A DNA stretch of 64,000 nt from a bacterium (GTDB lineage: Bacteria > Acidobacteriota > Blastocatellia > HR10): the NCBI GenBank assembly GCA_041640655.1, contig JBEPZV010000002.1, positions 1 to 64,000 on the forward strand. Direction: 5' to 3'. Below, piece by piece: positions 29,942-40,504 of the stretch. The number at the start of each line of letters is the position of its first letter. The stretch's first letter is position 1. Both the position numbers and the translations under genes were made by a program. The notes beneath the pieces were generated by a model that was not told the origin of the DNA, ran no database searches, and was given only the letters and a program-made list of their open reading frames with translations.

Positions 29942-32263
29942 TCACGCCCCTCGGATCGCCCGCCAGACCTTCTCCGGCCGAAGCGGCATATCCAGATGTC
30001 GGATGCCTAACGGTGCCAGCGCATCCACCACAGCATTGACGATGGCCGGCGTCGCCGCGATCGTCCCCGCCTCGCCCACGCCCTTCACCCCCAGCGGGTT
30101 CACGGGCGAAGGCGTCTCGGTCCGATCCGTCTCCAACCACGGCACGTCCGTCGCCTTTGGGATCGCATAATCGGTCAGCTCTCCCGTCAGCAATTGCCCG
30201 TTCTCATCGTACACGGCCTCCTCAAGGAGCGCCTGTCCGAGCGCCTGCACGATCCCTCCGTGCACCTGGCCATCCACGAGCATCGGATTGATCACCCGCC
30301 CGCAATCATCCACCGCCACATATCGGCGAAAGTGCACATCCCCCGTCTCCGGATCCACCTCGACGACGGCGATGTGCGCCCCGAAGGGGAACGTGAAATT
30401 GCTCGGCTCGAAGAAATAACTCGCCTCCAGCCCCGGCTCCATCCCCGGGGGCAAACTCTTCGCCAAGTAAGCCGCCAGCGCCACGTCTTGAAAGGTCAGC
30501 CGCCGCTCCGGACGATCCTTCAGAAAGAACTGTCCCGCCTCAAACGCCACGTTCGCCACATTCTCCTCCCCGAGCAAATGGGCAGCTAAGCGCGTGGCTT
30601 TCTCCTTCACCTTCTGCACCGCTCCATAGACGGCTGTGCCGCCGACGGCCGTCGCCCGACTGCCGAACGTTCCGATCCCATATTGCACGATGGCCGTGTC
30701 CCCATGAATGACGCGAACGTCCGACAGATCAACCCCCAGCTCATCGGCGACGATCTGCGCGAACGACGTCTCCTGTCCCTGTCCATGTGGCGAGGCGCCG
30801 CTTAAGACCGTCACCTTCCCCGTCGGTTCGACGCGAACCGTCGCGCTCTCCCACCCACCGGCAGGAAGGGCCGGAGAGGGTCCCAGCGCACAAATCTCCA
30901 CATATGTCGAAATCCCAATCCCGAGATACCGCCCTCGTTGTCGAAGCAATTGCTGCTCCTGCCGCAGTTGCTCATAGCCGACCAACTCCAGAGCGCGCCG
31001 GAGCGCCTGCGGATAGTTCCCACTGTCATAGGCGAGCCCGCTGGCCGTTGGGAATGGGAATTCATCCGGCTGCGGGAAATTCCGCATTCGCACCTCGGCC
31101 GGATCCAATCCCAGTTCTCTCGCGATCCGATCCATCATCCGCTCCAGCATGTAGGTAGCTTCCGGTCGCCCTGCCCCCCGATACGCATCCGTCGCCATCT
31201 TGTTGGTGAAGGCGCCGATAACCTGCACATGCAGATTGGGAATCTTGTACGGACCCGTAGCCATCAATCCGGTCAAGGTTGGAATCGCGGGCGTGAGTAA
31301 CTGGTGGTATGCGCCGATGTCCTGAATGATCTTATACCGCAGCCCCAGCACCGTCCCATCGCGCTTGACCGCCGCCTCGACCTCCGCGATCTGGCCCCGA
31401 CCGTGAATCGTCGAGAGGAAATTCTCCCGCCGCGTCTCGATCCATTTGACCGGGCGTCCCAGCCGCATCGCCAGATACCCCACGAGCGCTTCCTCCGCAT
31501 ACACGTTCAGCTTGCTCCCGAATCCCCCCCCGACCTCCGGGGCGATCACCCGCACGCGGTTCTCGGCCAGTCCCAGCATCGTCGCCAATTGCGTGCGCAG
31601 CAGGTGCGGGATTTGCGTCGAAGTCCACACGGTGAGCTGCCCCTCGCCCGGATGATATTCGGCCACCACGCCACGCGGCTCCATCGCTACGGGGATGACC
31701 CGCTGGTTCACCATGCGCTGCGAGACGACCACCTCCGCTTCCCGAAACGCTCGTTCAATATCTCCCCCGCTCAACTGCCACACGAACGCCACGTTCGTCC
31801 CGAACTCTTCATGAAGGATCGGCGCCCCCTCCGCGATCGCGCGCTCCGGATCTACGACAGCTTCCAGGGGCTCATACTCCACCTCGATCAAATCCACGGC
31901 ATCCCGCGCCTGATACCGATCCTCTGCCACCACGACCGCCACCGGTTCCCCCACATAGCGTACCTTCTCCACGGCCAAGACCGGATGCCGCGGGATCTTC
32001 AAATCCGGCAGCCGACTCGCCACGGGAACCGGACCGATCGCCTCCCGCACATCCTCTCCGGTGAAGACCGCGATCACGCCGGGCGCCCGCCGCGCCGCCT
32101 CCACGTTGATCCCCTTCAATCGGGCATGCGCATATATGCTCCGCACGATCGCCGCATAGACCATCCGCGGTCGGACAATATCATCCACATACTGCGACCG
32201 CCCGGTGATCAATCGCTGATCCTCCACCCGAGGCACGCGCTCACCCACGAACTGCTTCGCCAT
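29942..32263 (-). CDS. coxL: Molybdenum hydroxylase large subunit, form II CoxL-like
   Basis: VGGGFGSK, AYRGAGRPE (form II signature), GQGQET, VHGGIVQALG, KGVGEAG. Confidence 0.9.
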   Translation of the reverse strand: MAKQFVGERVPRVEDQRLITGRSQYVDDIVRPRMVYAAIVRSIYAHARLKGINVEAARRAPGVIAVFTGEDVREAIGPVPVASRLPDLKIPRHPVLAVEKVRYVGEPVAVVVAEDRYQARDAVDLIEVEYEPLEAVVDPERAIAEGAPILHEEFGTNVAFVWQLSGGDIERAFREAEVVVSQRMVNQRVIPVAMEPRGVVAEYHPGEGQLTVWTSTQIPHLLRTQLATMLGLAENRVRVIAPEVGGGFGSKLNVYAEEALVGYLAMRLGRPVKWIETRRENFLSTIHGRGQIAEVEAAVKRDGTVLGLRYKIIQDIGAYHQLLTPAIPTLTGLMATGPYKIPNLHVQVIGAFTNKMATDAYRGAGRPEATYMLERMMDRIARELGLDPAEVRMRNFPQPDEFPFPTASGLAYDSGNYPQALRRALELVGYEQLRQEQQLLRQRGRYLGIGISTYVEICALGPSPALPAGGWESATVRVEPTGKVTVLSGASPHGQGQETSFAQIVADELGVDLSDVRVIHGDTAIVQYGIGTFGSRATAVGGTAVYGAVQKVKEKATRLAAHLLGEENVANVAFEAGQFFLKDRPERRLTFQDVALAAYLAKSLPPGMEPGLEASYFFEPSNFTFPFGAHIAVVEVDPETGDVHFRRYVAVDDCGRVINPMLVDGQVHGGIVQALGQALLEEAVYDENGQLLTGELTDYAIPKATDVPWLETDRTETPSPVNPLGVKGVGEAGTIAATPAIVNAVVDALAPLGIRHLDMPLRPEKVWRAIRGA

Positions 32264-32284
32264 CGCTCTCCCCCTCCTTTCCGT

Positions 32285-32767
32285 TCACGCTTTTTGGCCC
32301 CGCAGCTTCTCTGCGGCGTACCGAACGGCCTCGATGATATGCTGATACCCCGTGCACCGACACAGATTCCCCTCGATCCCACGCCGAATCTGCGCCTCGG
32401 TCGGATCCGGATACCGCTGGAGCAATTGATAGGCCGCCAGGATCATCCCCGGCGTACAATACCCGCACTGCAACCCATGCTTCATCCAGAACCCTTCCTG
32501 AATCGGATGCAACCGCCCCGCTTCGCCCAACCCTTCGATGGTCGTGATCTCCGCCCCATCCGCCTGCACGGCGAAGAGGGTGCACGACTTCACCGCCGCC
32601 CCATTGAGCAATACCGTACACGCTCCACACAAGCTCGTCTCGCATCCGATATGCGTCCCCGTCAGTCCCACCACGTCTCGAATGTAGTGGACCAACAGCA
32701 ATCGAGGCTCCACCTCGTGGCGATACCGCATCCCGTTGATCGTCACCTCAATTGTCGTGCGCGTCAC
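32285..32767 (-). CDS. coxS: Molybdenum hydroxylase 2Fe-2S subunit (CoxS-like)
   Basis: [28 protein letters not shown]. Confidence 0.92.
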   Translation of the reverse strand: MTRTTIEVTINGMRYRHEVEPRLLLVHYIRDVVGLTGTHIGCETSLCGACTVLLNGAAVKSCTLFAVQADGAEITTIEGLGEAGRLHPIQEGFWMKHGLQCGYCTPGMILAAYQLLQRYPDPTEAQIRRGIEGNLCRCTGYQHIIEAVRYAAEKLRGQKA

Positions 32768-32799
32768 GCCCCACCTCCTGTAGCGAAGAATTCGGCAGT

Positions 32800-32827
32800 A
32801 TTATATCGCCTCTCCATCTCCTGTCAA
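32800..32827 (-). promoter_or_regulatory. Consensus sigma-70 promoter for coxSLM
   Basis: TTGACA-N16-TATAAT on the minus strand. Confidence 0.75.
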
Positions 32828-33016
32828 GGGAACTCTCCAGGAGAGGGGGCGCGCTCATGCCCCTCGGGTCGGCACATCGGGATGAAAGAACACCCCGCCC
32901 TTTTGGCCGAGTCTGTAGCCGGAACACGATCACACTACGGGTGCACTCCCGTATGGAGCTCGGCACCGTCACCGGCGATCGGAACGGTGCGCGTTCACGT
33001 GTGCGCCAGCGCCCGC

Positions 33017-33250
33017 TCAGTCCTCGAGAATCTCCAACCCCACCCGCTTCTTCTGCTTCATCCCGGCGGCGCTGAGGATCGTCCGAATCGCCTTGGCGTT
33101 CTCCCCTCCCTTACCGATGACCTTCCCCAGATCGGACTTCGCCACCCGCAATTCGTAGACGATCGTCCCCGTTCCGGCGACTTCCCGAACTCGGACCTGA
33201 TCGGGATAATCCACCATCGCTTTCACGATCTCTTCGACCAACTCTTTCAT
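33017..33250 (-). CDS. khpA: KH-domain RNA-binding protein KhpA
   Basis: [19 protein letters not shown]...[10 protein letters not shown]...AIRTIL. Confidence 0.9.
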   Translation of the reverse strand: MKELVEEIVKAMVDYPDQVRVREVAGTGTIVYELRVAKSDLGKVIGKGGENAKAIRTILSAAGMKQKKRVGLEILED

Positions 33251-33427
33251 ACCACCCGGACCGTCCATACGCCGATCGTCTCACTGCGATAACGCGGATT
33301 TATCATACACGCTTCTCGGAGATGTTTCAATAGCTCTCTGCGCGAGGACGCCGAGGGTCTTCACCCCGTCCGCTCCCGGATGCTACACTGTAAAGGGCGA
33401 GGCGACGAACATGAGGAGAGCGATCGG

Positions 33428-34123
33428 ATGAAGAAGGCGAACGGCATCGCGCGATTGCCGATCTTTCCCCTCCCCGTTGTGTTGATCCCGGAGATGACGC
33501 TCCCGCTTCACATCTTCGAGCCGCGCTATCGACTCATGCTCCGCCGGTGCCTGGAGGGCGATCGCCTCTTCGGCTTGAGCTATCATCCGGATGCGGAGGT
33601 GGGCCGGCTCGCCATCCCTGATTTGGAGAGCGTCGGCTGCGCGGCGCGCATTCTCCACGTGCGCCCGCTCCCCGACGGTCGAGCGAACATCCTCACCATC
33701 GGGACGACGCGGTATCGAATCGCCCGCTATCTCTCCCAAGACCCCTATCTGCTCGCCGAAGTCGAATTCTTCGCGGACGATCCGATTGAGGACGAAGAGC
33801 GCGATGCCGTGACGGCACTGGTCGCTCACGCCACGGCGCGCTTTGTGCGCTTCCTGCGCGCCCTGCAACGTCTCCACGATCTGCCCGAACGCTCGGTCGC
33901 CCTGCCCGACAATGTCGAACGTCTCTCGTTCACTATCGCCGCTGCCGTATTGCATCAGCCGGAGGACTTGCGCCATGTTCTGGAACTGGTCTCCACCCGA
34001 GCGCGCCTGGAATTCCTGCTCGCCCATCTGGAGCAGCTCGCCGAGGATTACGAGCAACGCGCGCGATCGCATGTGGAGGCGAGACGCAATGGACATCGGC
34101 GGTCTCTGTCTCGCGCGCCCTGA
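33428..34123 (+). CDS. LON peptidase substrate-binding domain protein
   Basis: LPIFPLPVVLIP, LPLHIFEPRYR, LPDGR; no AAA or protease domain. Confidence 0.88.
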   Translation: MKKANGIARLPIFPLPVVLIPEMTLPLHIFEPRYRLMLRRCLEGDRLFGLSYHPDAEVGRLAIPDLESVGCAARILHVRPLPDGRANILTIGTTRYRIARYLSQDPYLLAEVEFFADDPIEDEERDAVTALVAHATARFVRFLRALQRLHDLPERSVALPDNVERLSFTIAAAVLHQPEDLRHVLELVSTRARLEFLLAHLEQLAEDYEQRARSHVEARRNGHRRSLSRAP

Positions 34124-34190
34124 CCCCCATCGGCCCTCGCGCGAAGTGGGAGGTGCGCTCGCTTCCGCGGGGCGAAAGGAGGAGGTCGCC

Positions 34191-34886
34191 ATGATCACCG
34201 TGAGCGTTCGATTCTTCGCGCATTGTCGGGAGCTGGCGGGCACGGCCGAATGCGACGTGCAGCTCCCTCCATCGGCGACCGTCACCCATGCACTTGAAGA
34301 GGTGTACGAGCGATTCCCCGCACTGCGCGAACTGCGGGGCCGCGTCCTGGTCGCCGTCAACGAGCGATATGCGGCTCCCGAGACGCCCCTGCATTCGGGC
34401 GATGTTCTGGCGCTTCTGCCTCCGGTCAGCGGGGGACAAGAGGCGGACGTCTTCGCGCTGGTCCGCGAACCGATCGAAGCGCGCGCGCTCGTCCAACGTC
34501 TGCTCCGGGGCGCGGCCGGAGCCGTCGTCACCTTCGATGGCGTCGTCCGCGAGCAGACGGGGGGTCGGCGCGTCCGCTATCTCGAATACGAAGCCTATGA
34601 GGCGATGGCCCTGCGCATGCTGCGCCAGATCGGACGAGAGATCCGCGCGCGCTGGCCCATTGACCGCATCGGCATCGTACATCGGCTCGGGCGCCTCGAG
34701 ATCGGTGAGTCGAGCGTCGTCATCGTCGTGACCTCAGCCCACCGACGTCCCGCCTTCGAAGCCTGCCAGTATGCCATTGATCGGCTGAAGAAGATCGTCC
34801 CCATCTGGAAGCGTGAATATTTCGAGGACGGGAGCGTCTGGGTGGATGGCGAATGGCCTTCGCCCGAGGAGCTGCCCTCCGAATGA
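34191..34886 (+). CDS. moaDE: Fused molybdopterin synthase MoaD-MoaE
   Basis: VRFFA...VAVNERY...LPPVSGG (MoaD) then GAVVTFDGVVR, YEAY, HRLG, LKKIVPIWKRE (MoaE). Confidence 0.92.
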   Translation: MITVSVRFFAHCRELAGTAECDVQLPPSATVTHALEEVYERFPALRELRGRVLVAVNERYAAPETPLHSGDVLALLPPVSGGQEADVFALVREPIEARALVQRLLRGAAGAVVTFDGVVREQTGGRRVRYLEYEAYEAMALRMLRQIGREIRARWPIDRIGIVHRLGRLEIGESSVVIVVTSAHRRPAFEACQYAIDRLKKIVPIWKREYFEDGSVWVDGEWPSPEELPSE

Positions 34887-34887
34887 G

Positions 34888-35493
34888 CTATCGCACACGT
34901 GAGGGCGCGCGCGCCGGCCGAGAGACGAACGGATTCCCGTGGATGTAGAACCGCCAGGGCTTCTCGCTCCACGGCCCGGCATACTCCACTCCGATGCGCG
35001 GAGCGGCGACGATGTGCTCCGGCGCGATCGCCTCTCCCCGATCCTCCACATAGAGGACCGACCCGCAGAGATCGAGGCCGTTGAACGTCCGATCCACACC
35101 CAGATACCGGCAGACCTTCCCCGGCCCGTTGGGGATCAGAGGCGCGCGCGCGGCATCGGGCGCAATCGGCTCCAAGGCCCGGATGAGCACGGCCGCCGGA
35201 TACCCCTCGCGCTCGGTCACGATGTTGAGACAATGGTGCACGCCGTAGATCAGATAGACGTAGGCATATCCCGGTGGACCGAACATGACGGCCGTCCGTG
35301 GCGTGAGACCGCGCCAGGCGTGCGACGCGCGATCCTCAGGACCGACGTAGGCCTCGGTCTCGACGATTCGCCCGACGATCACCCCCCGTGCTGTGCGATG
35401 CACGAGATATTTCCCCAGCAGCTCTCGAGCGACCTCCACCGTCGGTCGCTCGTAGAATGCGCGCGCGAGCTTTCGCCCACTCGTATTTCGCAC
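34888..35493 (-). CDS. mpg: DNA-3-methyladenine glycosylase
   Basis: VARELLGK, GRIVETEAY, YVYLIYGVHHCLNIV, AVLIRALEP, NGPGK, PRIGV; start approximate. Confidence 0.9.
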   Translation of the reverse strand: MRNTSGRKLARAFYERPTVEVARELLGKYLVHRTARGVIVGRIVETEAYVGPEDRASHAWRGLTPRTAVMFGPPGYAYVYLIYGVHHCLNIVTEREGYPAAVLIRALEPIAPDAARAPLIPNGPGKVCRYLGVDRTFNGLDLCGSVLYVEDRGEAIAPEHIVAAPRIGVEYAGPWSEKPWRFYIHGNPFVSRPARAPSRVR

Positions 35494-35531
35494 GTGGTGC
35501 GAGACCCCGATCCTCGCGAACGAGGAGCGGC

Positions 35532-35951
35532 TCACCGCTCCAGCAGTTGGAGTTGATACCGACCTCTCCCCTCTCGCCGCACGCTGTTGACGCGAACGAA
35601 GTAGCGACCCGAGCGAGGGAGCGTGCACCGAAGTTGCGCATGTCCGTGCTCGCCGCTATCGCTGAGCATCTCCACCCCGTTCTCGTCCATGAGCGTCAAG
35701 TAGGGATGAAACTCGCGTGAGCGAAGGTGGATGACAATCCGCTGCCCACGATTCCCACGGAAGACGTAGAGGTCGTAATACGACCCATCGGCCATCTTCC
35801 GATCGCCCTCTTCAAGAGCGCCCTCGACCGTCTGCCCGATATGAATCGGCGTCTGCGCCCGGACATCGGCCGCGAGAGCGACGACCGCGAATCCGAAGAC
35901 GGCGATCCACCGCCGCCGATGTGAACGATCGTCCGGCGCGACTCTCCCCAT
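35532..35951 (-). CDS. Secreted PPC (pre-peptidase C-terminal) domain protein
   Basis: Signal peptide; GQTVEGAL, YDLYVFRGNRGQ, PYLTL, LPRSGRY, GRYQL. Confidence 0.75.
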   Translation of the reverse strand: MGRVAPDDRSHRRRWIAVFGFAVVALAADVRAQTPIHIGQTVEGALEEGDRKMADGSYYDLYVFRGNRGQRIVIHLRSREFHPYLTLMDENGVEMLSDSGEHGHAQLRCTLPRSGRYFVRVNSVRREGRGRYQLQLLER

Positions 35952-35991
35952 CTCAGGATCTCTCTGACAGCGCCCCATCTTGTGGGGTCCG

Positions 35992-36720
35992 CTATGCTCC
36001 GCCCGACTTCCGCGATCCGCCCCCACCCGAACGCTGCCGTTCTCGCTCGATCCACCGGGCGAGCTTCTCGGCGCGATGACGGACCATCAGGAGCACATCC
36101 TCATCCTGCTCCAACTCGCGCAGCATGGGCAGGAGCTTCTCCGGCTCCCCGAGCCATCCGTTCTTCAGCTCGGCCTCGAGACCGCGCAGCTGCCGATCGA
36201 GATCGAGAGGACCATGCTGCCGGGCGAGGGTGATCAGGAAGACGCGATACTCCTGCATGGCGATGCCTCGGAGCAAGTGCGCCAGCTCCCGCATCTTCTC
36301 GTTGCGCGTGAACGTGAACCGCACGCACCGTTGGCGATCGCCCCGTCGAACTCCAAGGGTGACCGTGCCCAGGGACGGCATCGGGCGCTCGGACTGATAC
36401 TCCTCATCGCTCTCCAGAAAGCGCACGGCCTCCAGATATGCCCTCACGCGTTCCACGGTGCGGGCCAGCAACTGCAGAGGAAGGACGACGGGTTCCTCGC
36501 TCTCCTTGCGCCAGAAGGAGAACGTCCCCCGCCCGGTCTCATCGAAGCGAAGCTCGAAGCGCGTGGGATCGAGCTGTGGATGCTCGAACGTATAGGAGTA
36601 GTGCGTTGTCCCTTCCGAGGTCGGGCGCGGCGCGGCTTCCTGTCCGAGCGCGATGCCGGAACTCACCGTGCTCATCGCGACGAGAAGCCACAGCGCGCGC
36701 CCCCCTCTTCCCCCCCTCAT
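35992..36720 (-). CDS. Hypothetical secreted protein
   Basis: Signal-like N-terminus with RBS; co-oriented within the smc gene run. Confidence 0.6.
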   Translation of the reverse strand: MRGGRGGRALWLLVAMSTVSSGIALGQEAAPRPTSEGTTHYSYTFEHPQLDPTRFELRFDETGRGTFSFWRKESEEPVVLPLQLLARTVERVRAYLEAVRFLESDEEYQSERPMPSLGTVTLGVRRGDRQRCVRFTFTRNEKMRELAHLLRGIAMQEYRVFLITLARQHGPLDLDRQLRGLEAELKNGWLGEPEKLLPMLRELEQDEDVLLMVRHRAEKLARWIERERQRSGGGGSRKSGGA

Positions 36721-36763
36721 TCGTCGGTCCCCCCTCTGCAAAGCCCCATGCGGATCATCCGCA

Positions 36764-39700
36764 CTATTGTAACCGAACGGAGACGACTTTGGAAACACCC
36801 GGCTCTTCCATCGTCACGCCGTAGAGGACATCGGCCACCTCCATCGTCTCCTTGTTATGCGTGATGAGGATGAACTGCGTCCGCTGGCTCATCGCGACGA
36901 TCTGACGCGAGAAGCGGGCGATGTTCATGTCATCCAACGGAGCGTCCACTTCGTCGAGCACGCAGAAGGGGCTCGGCCGGTAGCGAAAGATCGCCAGCAG
37001 CAGGGCGAGCGCCGTGAGCGCCTTCTCCCCCCCGGAGAGGAGTTGCAGATTCTGGAGCCGCTTACCCGGAGGTTGCGCGAGGATGTCCACGCCGCTCTCC
37101 AGCACGTTCTCCGGATCGAGCAGGAGCATCTGCCCGCGCCCACCGCCGAAGAGTTCGCGGAAGACCTCCTCGAAATGGGCGTTGATGGCCTCGAAGGCCG
37201 CCAGGAAGCGTTGACGCGCGCGCCGTCGGATCTCGCGCAGCGCCTCTTCGGTCGAGGCGATCGAACGCTCCACATCCTCGCGCTGGGCGCGAAGGAAGGC
37301 GAGTCGCTCTTCGGCCTGCTGCAACTCATCCAGAGCCATGAGATTGATGGGCCCCATCTCCTCGATCTTCCGCCGCACATCGTCCAAACGCGCGCGCACG
37401 GCCTGTGGATCCTCGCCGAAGGACGCGTCCTCGACGGAAGCCGCGAGCGCGCTCTCAAGCTCCTCCCCCAACTCGGCCCAACACCTCTCGCTCACGTGAC
37501 GCATCTCGGTCAGGAGAGCCGCGCGCTCGACCTCCTCTTGTCCCATGCGATCCCGAAGCTCCGATTCTCGCTCGCGCAGCTCGGCGAGGCGCGCGCGCAG
37601 GGAATCCGCCGCCGCGTGCGCTCCCTCCAGGTGCTCCATCGCGCGACGGAGCTCATCCTCGGCCTGCCCCCGCGCCTGCTCCAACTCGCGCTCGCGTTGG
37701 TGCCACAGGTGCTGCTGCTGCAGGCCCTGCTCCCGCTCGCGATGAAGGTGCTCGCGCTCACGGCGCAGTTCCTCCAGGCGTTGCAGGAGGTTCTGACGCT
37801 CCTGCTCCAAGCGCCGGAGTTGGGCTTGCACGGCCTGTCGCCGTTCCGCTTTCGCCGCGAGCTGGATGCGCAGCGCCGCCACCCGCTCGGCTGAAGCCTC
37901 ACATGCCCGACGTCGGTGCGAGAGCGCTTCGTGCTGAGCGCGCTGCTGCGCCTCCAGCATGCGAAGGCGCTCCTCGGCGCGCTGCTGCTCGGCGCGGGCT
38001 CGCTCGCATTCCTGCTCCAAGTGCGTTCGCTCGCGCTCGGCCTCCGATCGCTCGAACTCGACCACGGCCACATGTTGCTGCGCGCGCTCCAGATCCCGCT
38101 CGACCTCCGAGAGGCGCCCCTGCGCCTCGAAAAGGGCGCGCTCCTGTTCCCCGATGGCCGCTTCCAGGCGAGCGCTCTCCTGAAGCCATGCCTGGACGGC
38201 GCGTTCGCCTTCCTGGCACTGCTGCTGCCATTGCTGGAGCTGTTGCGTCAGCTCCTCGCGGCGAGCGCGCAGCTCACGAATCTCGCGCTTCATCCCCAGG
38301 ATCCCGACCGGTGATCCCCCCCCGCTCCCTCCGACCAGGAGCGTCCCCCCTCGAACCCATTCTCCACGTCGGGTCAGGAACACCCGCTTCGGATCCGCCA
38401 CCGATTGCCGCACGGCTGCCTCCAGATCAGAGGCGATCTCAACCCGCTCGCACTCGGGGAAGGCCCGCGCCAGCGCGCGCGCCACGGCAGAAGTCGCCCC
38501 CAGTGCGGCGAGGAATCCGTCGCGCTCGGCCTCCTCCTCCGAACGCTCTCGCCCGTCGGTCGTGCCGATGCCCTCGGCAGAAGCGCCGTCCTCGACCACC
38601 AAGAATTGCGCCCGCCCCAGCCGCGCGGACTCCAGAACGGCGAGCGCAGCCCGCGCGTCCTCCCAGGAGGGGACGAGGATCGCATGCAGCCGCTCGCCGA
38701 GAAATCCTTCGACCATACGCTCGTCCTCGGGCGCCACGTGCAGGGCATCAGCGAGTGTGCCGAGCACCCGCACATGACCATTGCGCCGACTCACCTCGAC
38801 TACATGCTGCACGGCGCGCGAGGCATAGGCCTGTCGCTCCTCCAACTCCGAGAGCGAAGCCAAGCGATTCTCGACGGCGATCATCGCCTTCTCCACCTCC
38901 GCCCGTGCGGCGCGCGCCTGCGCCGCGTGCTCTTGAGCGTGCTGCACGCGCTGCCTCACAGCCTCGCGCTCAGCACGCAAGGCGTCAAGCCGCAGGCGCA
39001 GCGCCTCCGCCTCGTGATGCCAGCGCTGGCGTTCGGCCTGAAGCTGCGCCTCCCGACCGCCAGCGCGCTCTCGCTCGGTCTCCAAACGCCGCAGCTGCGC
39101 CTCCAGACGTCGCACCCCCTCCGAGAGCTGATGCACGACATTGCGCCAATGTGCGACCTCGCCAATCGCCTCCACATACTGAGCCCGCATCTGCTCGATC
39201 TGCTGCTCGCAGGCCCTCGCCTCGGCGAGAGAGTGCTCGTGACGCCCCTCCTCGGCGCGAAGCTCCTCCTCATGTTCGGCGAGTTCGCGGAGAATCTCCT
39301 GCAGTTCGCCGGAGAGCCGCGCGATCTCGCGGACGACGAGCGTCAACCGCTCCGCCACGGTCTCCTCCTCGCGCTGCCGGGCGCGCTCGCGCTCGTCGAG
39401 CTCTTCAATGTGCGACGCGCTCCGCTGACGCTGCCCGCGCACGCGCTCCAGCTCCACTTCGATCTCGGCCAAGCGCTCGCGGGCCGAGGCGATGCGCGCT
39501 TCGCGAGCGCGCTCCTCATGAACGAGCTGCCGATGCTCGGTCTCCAGCGTCGCCATCTGCTCCATCACCTCGGCGCGCGCGCGCTCCAGCGCCGCGATCC
39601 GTTCACTCACCGCCGCGAGCGCCGATTCCAACCGCCGATATTCCAGGCGAAAGAGCCGCCGCGCCAGAGCGCGCCATTCCTCCCGAAGACGCCGATACCG

Positions 39701-40426
39701 GCGAGCCCGCGCCGCCTGCCGTCTCAACGTCCCCACCTGGCGCTCGATCTCCGCGATGATGTCGTTCAAGCGCGCCAGATTCTGACGCGCCGACTCCAAG
39801 CGGGTCTCCGCCGCGCGCTCGCGCAGCTTGAGTCGGGTGATCCCCGCCGCCTCTTCGATCACGGCTCGGCGTTCCGCAGGCTTGGCCTGAATGAGCGCCG
39901 TCACGCGATCCTGCCCGATCAGCGCGTAATGCCCCGGCCCAAGCCCCGTCCCCGCGAACAGGTCATAGATGTCGCGCAGACGAACCGATTGGCCATCAAT
40001 CCAGTACTCGCTCTCGCCCGAACGATATAATCGGCGCCCGACGGTCAGCACCGTGCCCGCCGGGATGATCTCCGCAGGCCAGGACCGCCGCGCGGATCGT
40101 TCCGCTCCCTCTTCGGGAACGCCAGCTTCATCCCCCCCTTCCTCGCGCAGCCGAATATCTTCAGTCGCCACGAGCGTGAGGATGACCTCCGCCATTCCCA
40201 GTGGGGGGCGCGCGCGCGTCCCCTGGAAGATCACATCCTCCATACGCGCCCCCCGAAGCAGCCGCGCGCTCTGTTCGCCGAGCACCCACGCGATCGCATC
40301 CGCGATGTTGCTCTTGCCGCAGCCGTTTGGACCGACGATCGCCGTGATGGCGCTGGGGAAGACCAACTCCGTCGGATCGCCGAAGGACTTGAACCCGCGC
40401 AACTCGATCTTCTCCAGCCTCAGCAT
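36764..40426 (-). CDS. smc: Chromosome segregation protein SMC
   Basis: MLRLEKIELRGFKSF, GPNGCGKSN, long coiled coils with hinge, LSGGEK, LDEVDAPLD; true ATG at 40426. Confidence 0.96.
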   Translation of the reverse strand: MLRLEKIELRGFKSFGDPTELVFPSAITAIVGPNGCGKSNIADAIAWVLGEQSARLLRGARMEDVIFQGTRARPPLGMAEVILTLVATEDIRLREEGGDEAGVPEEGAERSARRSWPAEIIPAGTVLTVGRRLYRSGESEYWIDGQSVRLRDIYDLFAGTGLGPGHYALIGQDRVTALIQAKPAERRAVIEEAAGITRLKLRERAAETRLESARQNLARLNDIIAEIERQVGTLRRQAARARRYRRLREEWRALARRLFRLEYRRLESALAAVSERIAALERARAEVMEQMATLETEHRQLVHEERAREARIASARERLAEIEVELERVRGQRQRSASHIEELDERERARQREEETVAERLTLVVREIARLSGELQEILRELAEHEEELRAEEGRHEHSLAEARACEQQIEQMRAQYVEAIGEVAHWRNVVHQLSEGVRRLEAQLRRLETERERAGGREAQLQAERQRWHHEAEALRLRLDALRAEREAVRQRVQHAQEHAAQARAARAEVEKAMIAVENRLASLSELEERQAYASRAVQHVVEVSRRNGHVRVLGTLADALHVAPEDERMVEGFLGERLHAILVPSWEDARAALAVLESARLGRAQFLVVEDGASAEGIGTTDGRERSEEEAERDGFLAALGATSAVARALARAFPECERVEIASDLEAAVRQSVADPKRVFLTRRGEWVRGGTLLVGGSGGGSPVGILGMKREIRELRARREELTQQLQQWQQQCQEGERAVQAWLQESARLEAAIGEQERALFEAQGRLSEVERDLERAQQHVAVVEFERSEAERERTHLEQECERARAEQQRAEERLRMLEAQQRAQHEALSHRRRACEASAERVAALRIQLAAKAERRQAVQAQLRRLEQERQNLLQRLEELRREREHLHREREQGLQQQHLWHQRERELEQARGQAEDELRRAMEHLEGAHAAADSLRARLAELRERESELRDRMGQEEVERAALLTEMRHVSERCWAELGEELESALAASVEDASFGEDPQAVRARLDDVRRKIEEMGPINLMALDELQQAEERLAFLRAQREDVERSIASTEEALREIRRRARQRFLAAFEAINAHFEEVFRELFGGGRGQMLLLDPENVLESGVDILAQPPGKRLQNLQLLSGGEKALTALALLLAIFRYRPSPFCVLDEVDAPLDDMNIARFSRQIVAMSQRTQFILITHNKETMEVADVLYGVTMEEPGVSKVVSVRLQ

Positions 40427-40475
40427 GGCCTCCGCCGCACCCACAAGATATTCGACTTCGTGCCGAACCTGCCTC

Positions 40476-40504
40476 AATATAATGGAGTCACCAGGGGTTG
40501 TCAA
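40476..40504 (-). promoter_or_regulatory. Sigma-70 promoter of smc
   Basis: TTGACA-N17-TATATT. Confidence 0.7.

Noticed and set aside
29942..32263. True aerobic CO dehydrogenase (form I)
   Set aside because: It has AYRGAGR rather than AYxCSFR, S-L-M order and no accessory cox genes
37405..39759. Long plus-strand shadow ORFs (also 11316-13070, 16850-18496, 18620-20458, 31304-33292, 43153-45279, 49368-51104, 52006-53853)
   Set aside because: Antisense open frames expected in high-GC coding DNA; each lies mostly over well-supported genes
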